From sequence record MT710307.1: 64,000 bases of DNA, one strand, 5' to 3'. Each line of letters begins with the position of its first letter. Position 1 is the stretch's first letter. Shown here one piece after another: positions 55,835-64,000 of this stretch. The position numbers were made by a program, and so were the translations under genes. The notes under the pieces are model-generated. The model searched no databases and was not told the DNA's origin. It worked only from the letters and a program-made list of their open reading frames with translations.

Positions 55835-56770
55835 ATGCCTATTCCAAACATGCTGTCGGTGCTCTTACCGAGCTTCGAAGCAACGAATCTGAAAAACACG
55901 CTGAACGCAAACTGCGACGCCATCAGTGAATCACTGTTGCCTCAGTTTGAAAACCTGCGTGACCTGGTCGGTACTGAACAGGGCAAACCATTCATCTCCA
56001 AGCCGGTGCAAACACTGAGCGAAGAGTTGGTAAAAATGTTGCGCAGCTCTGGCCTCGAAGTCAAAGGTCTGCGTGACCCGTCCGCACTGGAATATATCAT
56101 CGCAGCCATGCGTAACACGCTGGAACTGCGTCCGTTTATTGAACAGTGCATTAACCGTGACATCGGTAAGCAGGTTGTAACCGCTTCACTGACGTTCAAC
56201 AAAACCACGCTCCTTCAATTACTGGACCTCATCAACTTCTTTGTTCTTTACAGCGGTACGCTCGTAAACTACATCACGGCCGAAGAACTCGGCGCGGTGA
56301 AAGACTCGAACATTGCGGTGAAAGGTGTTGGTCCAAACGATTTGCAGTACCTCCATGTTCGCATGGTGACGTACGGCATCGCTTGTCGTGTTCTGGCTAC
56401 GCCTCAGTCGAAGCTCAAAGCAGACTATGCGGAAATCCCGGAAGCGGTATTTGATGAAGACACCTACAATGATCTGGTTAAGTCTTTCGGCTCGAAAGCG
56501 ACCGATCCGTTGGGTCTCTCCGCAGTACCATTCCCGCTGACCATCATTTATCGGATTAATCTGTCGTGGAACGAATGGCAGATGGACAACTACGATGAAG
56601 TGTGTGAAGCGGCGAAAGCAGCCGAGTACCGTATCTTACTGTTCAAGAAACAGCAAGCGGAAGGGAAAGGCGACGCGGCGTTGGAAATCCTTATCGAGAA
56701 GCACGAGAAGCGTCTGGATTCCCTGAAACGCAAACGCGAACGTCTGGCGAAAAAGAACGGTCTCGAATAA
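55835..56770 (+). CDS. head structural protein (phiKZ gp90-like)
   Basis: 311 aa with a C-terminal coiled coil; syntenic. Confidence 0.65.
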   Translation: MPIPNMLSVLLPSFEATNLKNTLNANCDAISESLLPQFENLRDLVGTEQGKPFISKPVQTLSEELVKMLRSSGLEVKGLRDPSALEYIIAAMRNTLELRPFIEQCINRDIGKQVVTASLTFNKTTLLQLLDLINFFVLYSGTLVNYITAEELGAVKDSNIAVKGVGPNDLQYLHVRMVTYGIACRVLATPQSKLKADYAEIPEAVFDEDTYNDLVKSFGSKATDPLGLSAVPFPLTIIYRINLSWNEWQMDNYDEVCEAAKAAEYRILLFKKQQAEGKGDAALEILIEKHEKRLDSLKRKRERLAKKNGLE

Positions 56771-56785
56771 CAACAGGAGAGACTG

Positions 56786-57346
56786 ATGAACCAGATTAAC
56801 AATCCCGACTTTAACGTGGCCGAACGTCTCGTTAAACGTTACATGGCCAAACTGTCCGAGAACCCGACAGAAGTCCATGATGATGACCTCATTCATGAGA
56901 CGCTGACCGCGGCAGCCGTTATCCTGCCTTACTTCCGGCTCTTAGCCGCGGAGTCTGTGCAACAGGTATTATATGACGAATTTCCTCAAATCGGTTTTAC
57001 GTTTAATACGTTTTACAATGAAACAGTTGCGTTCGTTGTAGACGGAAAGAAACGTCCAACCAATGTCGGTACCTGGTCTGTGCTGATGTCGACGTACATG
57101 AATGATGTACACGGCACCAAATACGTTCAGGAGAAAGGCAGCTTGGGCTCGCGTATGATGTCTGCCGCTTTCGGTCAGGCTGGTAAAGTTCGTAACATGG
57201 GCACGCAACACCAATCCATGCAACCGGATACTCGCCTCTTATCTTATGCAGACCACGAACTGCTTGCGCGGTGGATGACACGTACTAACGGATTGTCCGA
57301 TATGATTATGTCGCTGGCAGTATTCTTGAAAATCGCACGTCCCTAA
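56786..57346 (+). CDS. hypothetical, probably virion protein
   Basis: 186 aa, AGGAG RBS. Confidence 0.75.
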   Translation: MNQINNPDFNVAERLVKRYMAKLSENPTEVHDDDLIHETLTAAAVILPYFRLLAAESVQQVLYDEFPQIGFTFNTFYNETVAFVVDGKKRPTNVGTWSVLMSTYMNDVHGTKYVQEKGSLGSRMMSAAFGQAGKVRNMGTQHQSMQPDTRLLSYADHELLARWMTRTNGLSDMIMSLAVFLKIARP

Positions 57347-57403
57347 GGGGGCCCCTTTCTAGGGGCGTGTAATTCGGTTATAACCAAACAGGAACTAGAA
57401 CAA

Positions 57404-58732
57404 ATGGCAAATTTTGCACAACGCAGAGCTGCTCGTGAAAGCATCGAAAACACCGAACCGGGTGAAATCGACGGCCTGTCTAACGTAGAACCGGGTGTAG
57501 AAAACCTGGATACCCAACTGGCTGAAATGGCATCGGAAGATGCACAGCTGGAAGGTCTGGCTGGCGATCAGGATACCCTGGGCGCGGACACCGCACGTAC
57601 TGAAGACGCTATCGACGACGCGCAAGACGCAATCGATAACGGCGAAGAACAATCTGAAGAGTCGATTGCCCACACCGAAGTGGCGCAAGAGTCTATCCGT
57701 CGTCGTTGGGGTATCGACCGCACCAAACTGGCGCGCGAAAGCTTCCGCCGTGGCCGTGGCATGACTGCCGCTGCGCAGGAAGGCTGGAAAGAAACCCTGA
57801 AAGATCTGTGGAAACGTTTCCTTGAGCTGATCAAGTCAATCGTTAACAAGATCAAAGAGCTGAAACTCAAGTACATCAACGTGGGTAAAACCGCGCAGAA
57901 CCGTGCTAAGAAGTATCAGGCCGCGATCAAAAACCTGGGCAGCAAAAAGACCAAAGATGAAATCGGCGGTAGCTGGATCAGCAAACTGTCCATCGAAGGC
58001 GCTTTCAACGTTGACGGTTCTATCGGCATCGCGAAAGAAGTTACTCAGGGCAAAGCCAAAGGCGCGATCGCTGCAATGACCAAACAGGCCGATGCAGCTG
58101 CAACCTACGTCGTGAAAGCGGCTGACGGTGAAGTGTCTGCTTCTAAAGCTTCTGGCGGCTCAGCTTCTAATGGTCCGGGTGTAATGCTGGCGTCTGATGC
58201 GCCGACTTACGACAAAATCGAACTGTTCGGTACCGCGGCAACCAAACTTCAGAATCTGGAAGAGTTCGCTGATGGCGAATACCAGAAACTGCAAGCACTG
58301 CCGGGCAACGCCTACATTCAGGTCGGTAACAAGAAACTGGCTGGCGGCGTAGACTTCGCTGCTATCGGCTTCATGACCACCGGTGATGCAACTGAAGACA
58401 AACAGGTTGCAACTCCTGAGCTGGGTAAACTGACCGCTGCTGCGCAGGGTCTGGATGCGATCGGTAAAGGCTTCGAGAAAGTCCTGCAAGACTTCCGTAC
58501 CTTCGATAGCGAAGTTGAGAAACTGCAACGCGCTGCTGAGAAAGCATCTGGTGCTGTGGATAAAGCTGACGACGCTAACCGCGAAGCGCTGCAATCTGCA
58601 CGTACTGCTGCTGACCAGTCTGTGAAGAACTATCAGGTTCTGAACCGCGCTGTGGCTTACGTTGCTAACACCGTTATCGCTGGCCTGAACGGCTACATCG
58701 GTGCTGGTATCGGTGCGTACGGTAAGAAGTAA
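57404..58732 (+). CDS. abundant internal head (inner body/ejection) protein, paralog 1
   Basis: Acidic propeptide with ARE-S, AQE-S, ARE-S, AQE-G sites, then an amphipathic helix WKETLKDLWKRFLELI. Confidence 0.8.
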   Translation: MANFAQRRAARESIENTEPGEIDGLSNVEPGVENLDTQLAEMASEDAQLEGLAGDQDTLGADTARTEDAIDDAQDAIDNGEEQSEESIAHTEVAQESIRRRWGIDRTKLARESFRRGRGMTAAAQEGWKETLKDLWKRFLELIKSIVNKIKELKLKYINVGKTAQNRAKKYQAAIKNLGSKKTKDEIGGSWISKLSIEGAFNVDGSIGIAKEVTQGKAKGAIAAMTKQADAAATYVVKAADGEVSASKASGGSASNGPGVMLASDAPTYDKIELFGTAATKLQNLEEFADGEYQKLQALPGNAYIQVGNKKLAGGVDFAAIGFMTTGDATEDKQVATPELGKLTAAAQGLDAIGKGFEKVLQDFRTFDSEVEKLQRAAEKASGAVDKADDANREALQSARTAADQSVKNYQVLNRAVAYVANTVIAGLNGYIGAGIGAYGKK

Positions 58733-58808
58733 TCCTTCTTAACCTGTAAACGACCCGACGTTAATCATTGAGGTGGGGCACGCTGCCCCACCTAGAGGAA
58801 AAGTGAAA

Positions 58809-60089
58809 ATGGCAAACTTTGCACAAAAACGCGCTGCTCGCGAATCCATTGAAGGCACCGGCACTGTTGTTCCGGATGGCCTGGAGCTGCCAGCAGAATC
58901 GGTTGAAGGTATTCTCGCCGAACTGGCTGAGAAAGAGCGTGACATCGATACCACCGACTCTGAGCACGACGTGCTGGTTGAAGATGGTAACGAAACTGAT
59001 GCGCAGCTGGACGCGGTAGACGCGGCTGACGACGCAGCAGCTGAACCAGCTGACGACAAAATGGAAGCGGAAGAAGACATGCCTGACGAAGCAGCGGAAG
59101 CGCTGGACGTTGCGCAGGAATCTATCCGTCGCCGTTGGGGCTTCGATCACCGTACCAGCGTAGCTCGCGAAAGCTACGGTAGCCGTAACCGCCGCGGCGT
59201 GGCCCGTGAAAGCCTGTGGGAAGACATCAAAGCCTTCCTGAAGCGTGCGTGGGAATGGCTGAAAGAGCAGGGTCGTAAGATCAAAGACCGCTGGCTGAAA
59301 TTCAGCAACCAGGGTAAATCTGTTCAGGGTCGCTCTAAGAAGTTCGGCGAGCAGATCAAAAAGCTCAGCAAGCAGAAGTCTGGTAAAGACAAACTGTCTG
59401 GCGGCTTCATCAAAGATCTGTCTATCGCTGGTAAGTTCGAAGGTACTGACACCTCCGCACTGGACGCAACGTTCAGCAAAAAAGGCGATTTCGCCAAGGC
59501 GCAGGACGAAGTGCTGGCTGAAATGACCGGTACGATCGATGGCATCGTCTCTGCCTCCGAAGCTGACTTTGCCAAAACTGGCAAAAAAGCGAAAGACCTG
59601 GCCGAAGTCATCACCAAAGAAATGAAAGTGGAGATGCATCAGCTGGGTAACCAGGTGTTCAAAGTTGAAACCGACGTCAGCGAAGACGGCGAAGGCTTCG
59701 AAGTGAGCACCACCCTGGTCGATGCCGATGCCAGCGTAGAAAGCGATGTTTCTACGCCGTCTGTCGCGCAGCTGTCTGCGATCAACACCTTCTTCAACAA
59801 AGTCGGTGTGGAGATCGAGAAGAAGGTTAAAGCGTACCACGCAACTAACCAGAAACGCGATCGCTACGAAGCGGCCATCGAGAAACTGCTGAAGAAAATC
59901 GACGGCGTGAAAATCGATGAGCAGAACGGCGAGTTCTCCAAATCAATCCGTCTGGTCCGTAAAATGGTCAGCGCGACTAACCAGTTCCTGGGTGCAGCTG
60001 AGCGTGCAGACGCTGCTAACACCCGTGCGCTGGTCTCTGGTCTGAACGGCCTGCTGGTTGCCGGTATCGCTGCTTACGAGAAAAAGTAA
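58809..60089 (+). CDS. abundant internal head (inner body/ejection) protein, paralog 2
   Basis: Shares MANFAQxRAARESIE and AQESIRRRWG with paralog 1; start at ATG 58809. Confidence 0.8.
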   Translation: MANFAQKRAARESIEGTGTVVPDGLELPAESVEGILAELAEKERDIDTTDSEHDVLVEDGNETDAQLDAVDAADDAAAEPADDKMEAEEDMPDEAAEALDVAQESIRRRWGFDHRTSVARESYGSRNRRGVARESLWEDIKAFLKRAWEWLKEQGRKIKDRWLKFSNQGKSVQGRSKKFGEQIKKLSKQKSGKDKLSGGFIKDLSIAGKFEGTDTSALDATFSKKGDFAKAQDEVLAEMTGTIDGIVSASEADFAKTGKKAKDLAEVITKEMKVEMHQLGNQVFKVETDVSEDGEGFEVSTTLVDADASVESDVSTPSVAQLSAINTFFNKVGVEIEKKVKAYHATNQKRDRYEAAIEKLLKKIDGVKIDEQNGEFSKSIRLVRKMVSATNQFLGAAERADAANTRALVSGLNGLLVAGIAAYEKK

Positions 60090-60114
60090 GTTAGTGTGCT
60101 GCTAAAGCGGAATG

Positions 60115-60151
60115 CCCTACTCCTTCGGGAGTAGGGTTTTTCTTTTTTTTT
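60115..60151 (+). terminator. intrinsic terminator
   Basis: CCCTACTCC-TTCG-GGAGTAGGG plus a long T-tract. Confidence 0.9.
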
Positions 60152-60171
60152 GTTTAAAAAGTTTTCAGATA

Positions 60172-60187
60172 GATATTATCTTGGTGA
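60172..60187 (+). promoter_or_regulatory. early promoter
   Basis: GATATTATC-TTG-GTGA. Confidence 0.65.
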
Positions 60188-60220
60188 GTATTCATCCTAT
60201 TCACCTTTAAGGAGTATCAA

Positions 60221-60853
60221 ATGCAGAAAACAAATCGCCACACCCTCACTGTAAATGTGGGCGCGTACCAGAATCCCAAAGTGCGCTATAACCGCCGCGA
60301 AGACAAAGTCTCCGTAACGTCAGGCAAAGCAGAGTTCGTGTGCTGCTATCTCGAATTCTACGCCCTGTTGATGTGGGCACGTCTGTGCTACCACGAAGAA
60401 GAACAGATGGCTTTCGTTGCCGGACACACCCGTTATGAATTAGACCCACCGTACGGCACGACACGTCGTGAACGTATCAAAGGTCTGCTGGACGCAGCCA
60501 AAGGCTTCCTGCCAATGCCAACGGACGAACCGGCAACGTATACGTGGGATGACGAAATCATCTACGGCAGCGATTTAGAGCACCTCTATTTGCGTAAGTC
60601 AGTTGACTCATGGCGTCCGGTGTTTGCGCTGCGTGTCACCCTGCCGAAAACCCTGAAGCGTGATGACGGGATAGCCCTGTACCACCACGCGAAAGAAACC
60701 ATCAACGAAGGACGTGCGCTGCCCGCCGGTACCGAAGACATCAGCATCATCTACCCGAAAGCAGATGCGACGTCACCGACTTACCGCGGCATCAATAACC
60801 GCCAAATCTTTGATGAGTTTACTGGAGTACCTGTGCCAAACGCACCGGTCTAA
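60221..60853 (+). CDS. hypothetical (early) protein
   Basis: 210 aa, TAAGGAG RBS, with its own promoter and terminator. Confidence 0.85.
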   Translation: MQKTNRHTLTVNVGAYQNPKVRYNRREDKVSVTSGKAEFVCCYLEFYALLMWARLCYHEEEQMAFVAGHTRYELDPPYGTTRRERIKGLLDAAKGFLPMPTDEPATYTWDDEIIYGSDLEHLYLRKSVDSWRPVFALRVTLPKTLKRDDGIALYHHAKETINEGRALPAGTEDISIIYPKADATSPTYRGINNRQIFDEFTGVPVPNAPV

Positions 60854-60859
60854 AAGGCT

Positions 60860-60893
60860 ACCCCACCTTCGGGTGGGGTGCTCTTTCTTTTTT
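60860..60893 (+). terminator. intrinsic terminator
   Basis: ACCCCACC-TTCG-GGTGGGGT plus T-tract. Confidence 0.85.
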
Positions 60894-61018
60894 ACAAATC
60901 CCCTTTTGGTTATGCGAGGGGGTAGGCCCTTTTATGTCTTTGGCCGATCGATCGGCGCTTGTCGTTCAGACAAGCTGCCTTATTGCCGTTGACCTTTATC
61001 GTTTATCGAGGAGTACGT

Positions 61019-61384
61019 ATGATCGAAACAACCAACTTTTCCCTCAAGATGGAAACCATTATCCACCCAGTGATGGTTTTTAAATCGCCTACCCGCCCCC
61101 AGATTAAGCTGTTCGTTGTGCTGGAAGATTTAGAAGCGGCATTGCTCGAATTGGGGAATCGTGACTACCGTGGTCCCGTCACTGTCCGACTGTCCACTCC
61201 TTTCTACGGCAAGGAGACGTACGCCAACAGTCGCATGGACGGTATCGTGTTTGATGTAGAAGGTCGCACGGTATCCACCGCCGTTATTACCGACAGCGTT
61301 GAGCTGTTTACTTTCTCCCGCAGAACGTTTACGTCGTACCTGCGTGAACTTATCAAAGAAATCAATAAGGATAAACAATCATGA
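61019..61384 (+). CDS. hypothetical protein
   Basis: GAGGAG RBS before ATG 61019. Confidence 0.75.
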   Translation: MIETTNFSLKMETIIHPVMVFKSPTRPQIKLFVVLEDLEAALLELGNRDYRGPVTVRLSTPFYGKETYANSRMDGIVFDVEGRTVSTAVITDSVELFTFSRRTFTSYLRELIKEINKDKQS

Positions 61385-61923
61385 AGTTGAGTATCATTGC
61401 TGCGACCGACCGTAAGAACGCCATTGGTAAAGAGAATACGCTCCCGTGGCGTTTACCGGCTGACCTCAAGAACTTCAAAGCCTTGACCGACGGCAAGCTC
61501 ATCATCATGGGACGCAAGACGTGGGAGTCACTCGGTTCCAAGTCCCTGCCTAACCGCCAGTCTATCGTCATTACCCGTGACCATACGCGCGTCACGGAAA
61601 ACAGTCCGAACAACGAACGCGGTGTGATTATCGCCCCGAACCTTGCGGATGCGATTGGTTGTGCAGAAGCACTGGTCAAACAAGGGACGTACCCGGACGA
61701 AGTGTTCATCATTGGCGGGTCTGAAGTCTATCACCAGACCATCAAGAAAGCTGACCGCATTTACGTCAGTCGGGTGGACACGGTGGTGAAAGGGGCAGAT
61801 GCGTTCTTCCCGGATATTGACCGCGACTACTACCAGCAATCTATGTCAGTTCGTCACCTGAAAGATGACTCAGGTAACACGTACGACTGGCATTACCAAA
61901 TCTGGGACAAGATTGGGGGTTAA
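61381..61923 (+). CDS. folA: dihydrofolate reductase
   Basis: IIAA...AIGKENTLPWRLPADLKNFK, IIMGRKTWESL, IIGGSEVY, DAFFP. Confidence 0.97.
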   Translation: MKLSIIAATDRKNAIGKENTLPWRLPADLKNFKALTDGKLIIMGRKTWESLGSKSLPNRQSIVITRDHTRVTENSPNNERGVIIAPNLADAIGCAEALVKQGTYPDEVFIIGGSEVYHQTIKKADRIYVSRVDTVVKGADAFFPDIDRDYYQQSMSVRHLKDDSGNTYDWHYQIWDKIGG

Positions 61924-61945
61924 TTACAAACCCTTCTAAAAAGTG

Positions 61946-61974
61946 GGGAGCTTCGGCTCCCTGTTTTTTTTTTT
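61946..61974 (+). terminator. intrinsic terminator
   Basis: GGGAGC-TTCG-GCTCCC plus a long T-tract. Confidence 0.85.
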
Positions 61975-62042
61975 GCATTTGCGTTCAGTGATATGTATAA
62001 GCACAAGCAATGGCCACCATGTGGACGGCCTGAGGGGATGAA

Positions 62043-63569
62043 ATGCAACAGTATTTCGAAGTGCCGTCACTTGATGTGACCATCCGCAAGGCGGTTATTG
62101 ACGGCATCGTCTATCGATTATTAAACGAATCGGGGATGGACAAGTCCGACGCAGTCTTCTTAGACTCGTTCAACACAGCCCACCAACCCGGCTCGACGCT
62201 CGGTGATGCAACCGATGTGGAATACGCCTCGACCGATCGCGTCTACGTTGAAGTGGACGAAGAACGTGATGAGATGGCACGCATCAATCGCGGTGTGGGT
62301 CTGAACATTGAACTGCCGTTCTTCCACGATGAAACCAACGGCATTAAAGCGTGGCCGATTCGTACCAAATACAAAGTCACCATCACCTTCCGCCGTAACG
62401 CCCAGTCTGAGGACGAGCTGTTACGCTGGACAAACCGTTTGAACAGTTTACTGGACATGGGTCGCTATTCATTAGTGACGGAGTCCGAAGCCTACTTCGT
62501 GATTCCTAAGCCCCTGTTCAATCTGCTTAATGCCTGTTGGGTCGCTTCTGAAACCCGTGTGCCCGTGTATCCTACGTTTAAGGAATATCTGGCTGCCAAC
62601 TTCGAAGAGACGGTTGGGGTGGTGGCCAACGACAGTGGTGGTCAGCAAACGTTGATGGTGCGGTATTCACCGACCCGTGTGGAGATGGTGTACGATGTCA
62701 ACCCTCCGGCATGGAATAAGGAAGAGAACCACTACGAAGCCACGATGACCGCAAACTTCGAATACGACCGTCCGGAAGAAGTCGGGTGTGTCTATCCGTA
62801 CATCATCAACCAAACGCCCCTGCCGGATGTGTTCTTCCCACACATTGACCCACCGTGGATGGAAAACGAAGACGGGGTCGAGCGTAGCGACGTGCAGACG
62901 TCCTTTGACGGGACGTGGTGGCAGAACGAACGGCGTGAGCTGATTCGCCTGCCGTACCTGTTGTGCCCACCCGAACAGCTCCACCGTATTCACTCCCCAC
63001 TCGAGGCAAAACTCCTGCGGATGTTTGGGACGGATGTGTGCTTCGGTGAGGAGAACATGTCGAACCCGGTGGTGATGTCAACTTCTGACTTGCCGTATGA
63101 GTGGAACCCGGTACTGCTGCCGTATATCGAGCACTGCCGCACGATTGACCCGACGGGGATGACGGGTGTGTTCCGTACCGAGCTGTTTGAAAACGGCTTA
63201 CGTATCGAACCCCGGTTGTACCACTGGCAGGATGATGAGTTCTCCTTAACCCGTGAGATGGATGTGCACAAAGCCTACTTCCTGACCGAGTCAGTGATTT
63301 ACGACTGGCGGGGATTAGACCTGTGGCCGCTCCAGAAATACCCGAAGGCCGCAGAGCTGCTCATCAAGTGGTTGTTCCCGAATCTGGACTTCCCGGATTG
63401 GTGGTGGGATTTACCGACGCTCCCGCCGAGTGCGTGGGAAGAGATAGAAGACAAAACCACCCAAGACGAGACCGGTGCAGGCACCAACCGCAAGCATTTG
63501 CTGCTGACTGTCTTTAACACCACCATCATTGCAATACGAGGTACTTCGAATGCTGCAAGCGAAGGGTAA
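62043..63569 (+). CDS. virion structural protein (phiKZ gp98-like, neck/tail region)
   Basis: 508 aa, TATG upstream; assignment by synteny. Confidence 0.6.
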   Translation: MQQYFEVPSLDVTIRKAVIDGIVYRLLNESGMDKSDAVFLDSFNTAHQPGSTLGDATDVEYASTDRVYVEVDEERDEMARINRGVGLNIELPFFHDETNGIKAWPIRTKYKVTITFRRNAQSEDELLRWTNRLNSLLDMGRYSLVTESEAYFVIPKPLFNLLNACWVASETRVPVYPTFKEYLAANFEETVGVVANDSGGQQTLMVRYSPTRVEMVYDVNPPAWNKEENHYEATMTANFEYDRPEEVGCVYPYIINQTPLPDVFFPHIDPPWMENEDGVERSDVQTSFDGTWWQNERRELIRLPYLLCPPEQLHRIHSPLEAKLLRMFGTDVCFGEENMSNPVVMSTSDLPYEWNPVLLPYIEHCRTIDPTGMTGVFRTELFENGLRIEPRLYHWQDDEFSLTREMDVHKAYFLTESVIYDWRGLDLWPLQKYPKAAELLIKWLFPNLDFPDWWWDLPTLPPSAWEEIEDKTTQDETGAGTNRKHLLLTVFNTTIIAIRGTSNAASEG

Positions 63570-64000
63570 GGGTAAAACCACATTCGAGCCGGTTAAGACG
63601 GAACCCGAATACCTGAATCAGGCTCAAGACGGCGTCAAGGAAAAAACCAACATCGTCACAGAGCCCACCAGAACCACTGTAGTCGATTTAGAGCGTACGC
63701 CTGCCGTTAACCTGCTTCCTGTCGTTGAAGGCTCCTCATGGCCGTTGCTGGCGTATTATCGCCGGTTAATGGGCAAGAACGACCCGAAGATGTTGTTCGA
63801 CCCGAAACAGGACACGCCGGTACAACAATACGACTGCATCCACTATCTGGAGCTGCGGGTTAACAGCCCCTTGTCGCGTGACCAAGACGGGGGCAACAAA
63901 ACCTTCACCATGTCGGGCAGTGCCACCATGGCCACGTCCGTGGTACCGAACGAGAACGACATCTTCACGGCCTCCCTTGGAGATAACCGCGTCGGTATCT
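63550..64000 (+). CDS. virion structural protein (head-tail/neck-like), truncated by the window end
   Basis: GAGGT RBS, ATG 63550, frame open to 64000 (MLQAKGKGK...VEGSSWPLLAYY...VVPNENDIF). Confidence 0.65.
   Translation, partial: MLQAKGKGKTTFEPVKTEPEYLNQAQDGVKEKTNIVTEPTRTTVVDLERTPAVNLLPVVEGSSWPLLAYYRRLMGKNDPKMLFDPKQDTPVQQYDCIHYLELRVNSPLSRDQDGGNKTFTMSGSATMATSVVPNENDIFTASLGDNRVGI

Noticed and set aside
54948-59840. Antisense ORFs of 295 aa and 359 aa opposite head protein genes
   Set aside because: Codon-bias shadows of abundant structural genes.
44823-60136. Related CCTACTC...GAGTAGG hairpins as a mobile repeat or CRISPR-like array
   Set aside because: They are isolated, lie at gene ends with T-tracts, and are best explained as a terminator family. 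No regularly spaced repeat array, transposase, integrase or rRNA was seen in the window.

Overview
This 64 kb window comes from a phiKZ-like, nucleus-forming jumbo phage (Chimalliviridae), probably of the enterobacterial SPN3US/phiEaH2/Asesino-type group. That placement is inferred from gene order and protein motifs; no database search was run. From about 14.7 kb onward the window follows the conserved core block. It contains a split family-B DNA polymerase, chimallin (ChmA), four non-virion RNAP subunits, an SbcD-like nuclease, ChmC-like and PicA-like proteins, an SF2 helicase and a virion RNAP beta' piece. These are followed by baseplate genes, AxE-processed head/ejection proteins, DHFR and neck/tail genes. 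The first ~7.5 kb is accessory. It holds an HslV-like Ntn hydrolase, a TerB/membrane/TAXI cassette, a ParB-like domain protein, 10 recognisable tRNAs, and a dense set of non-coding elements that standard annotation does not explain. These are a ~615-nt highly structured RNA candidate (3406-4020) and at least five tRNA-like RNAs whose anticodon arms are lengthened, capped or replaced. This RNA region is the best candidate for an undescribed system. A second lead is a GNSLL(D/N) motif repeated in the tails of PicA and its neighbour, resembling the chimallin C-terminus. RNA structures were paired by eye, and phiKZ gp equivalences rest on synteny plus remembered motifs.
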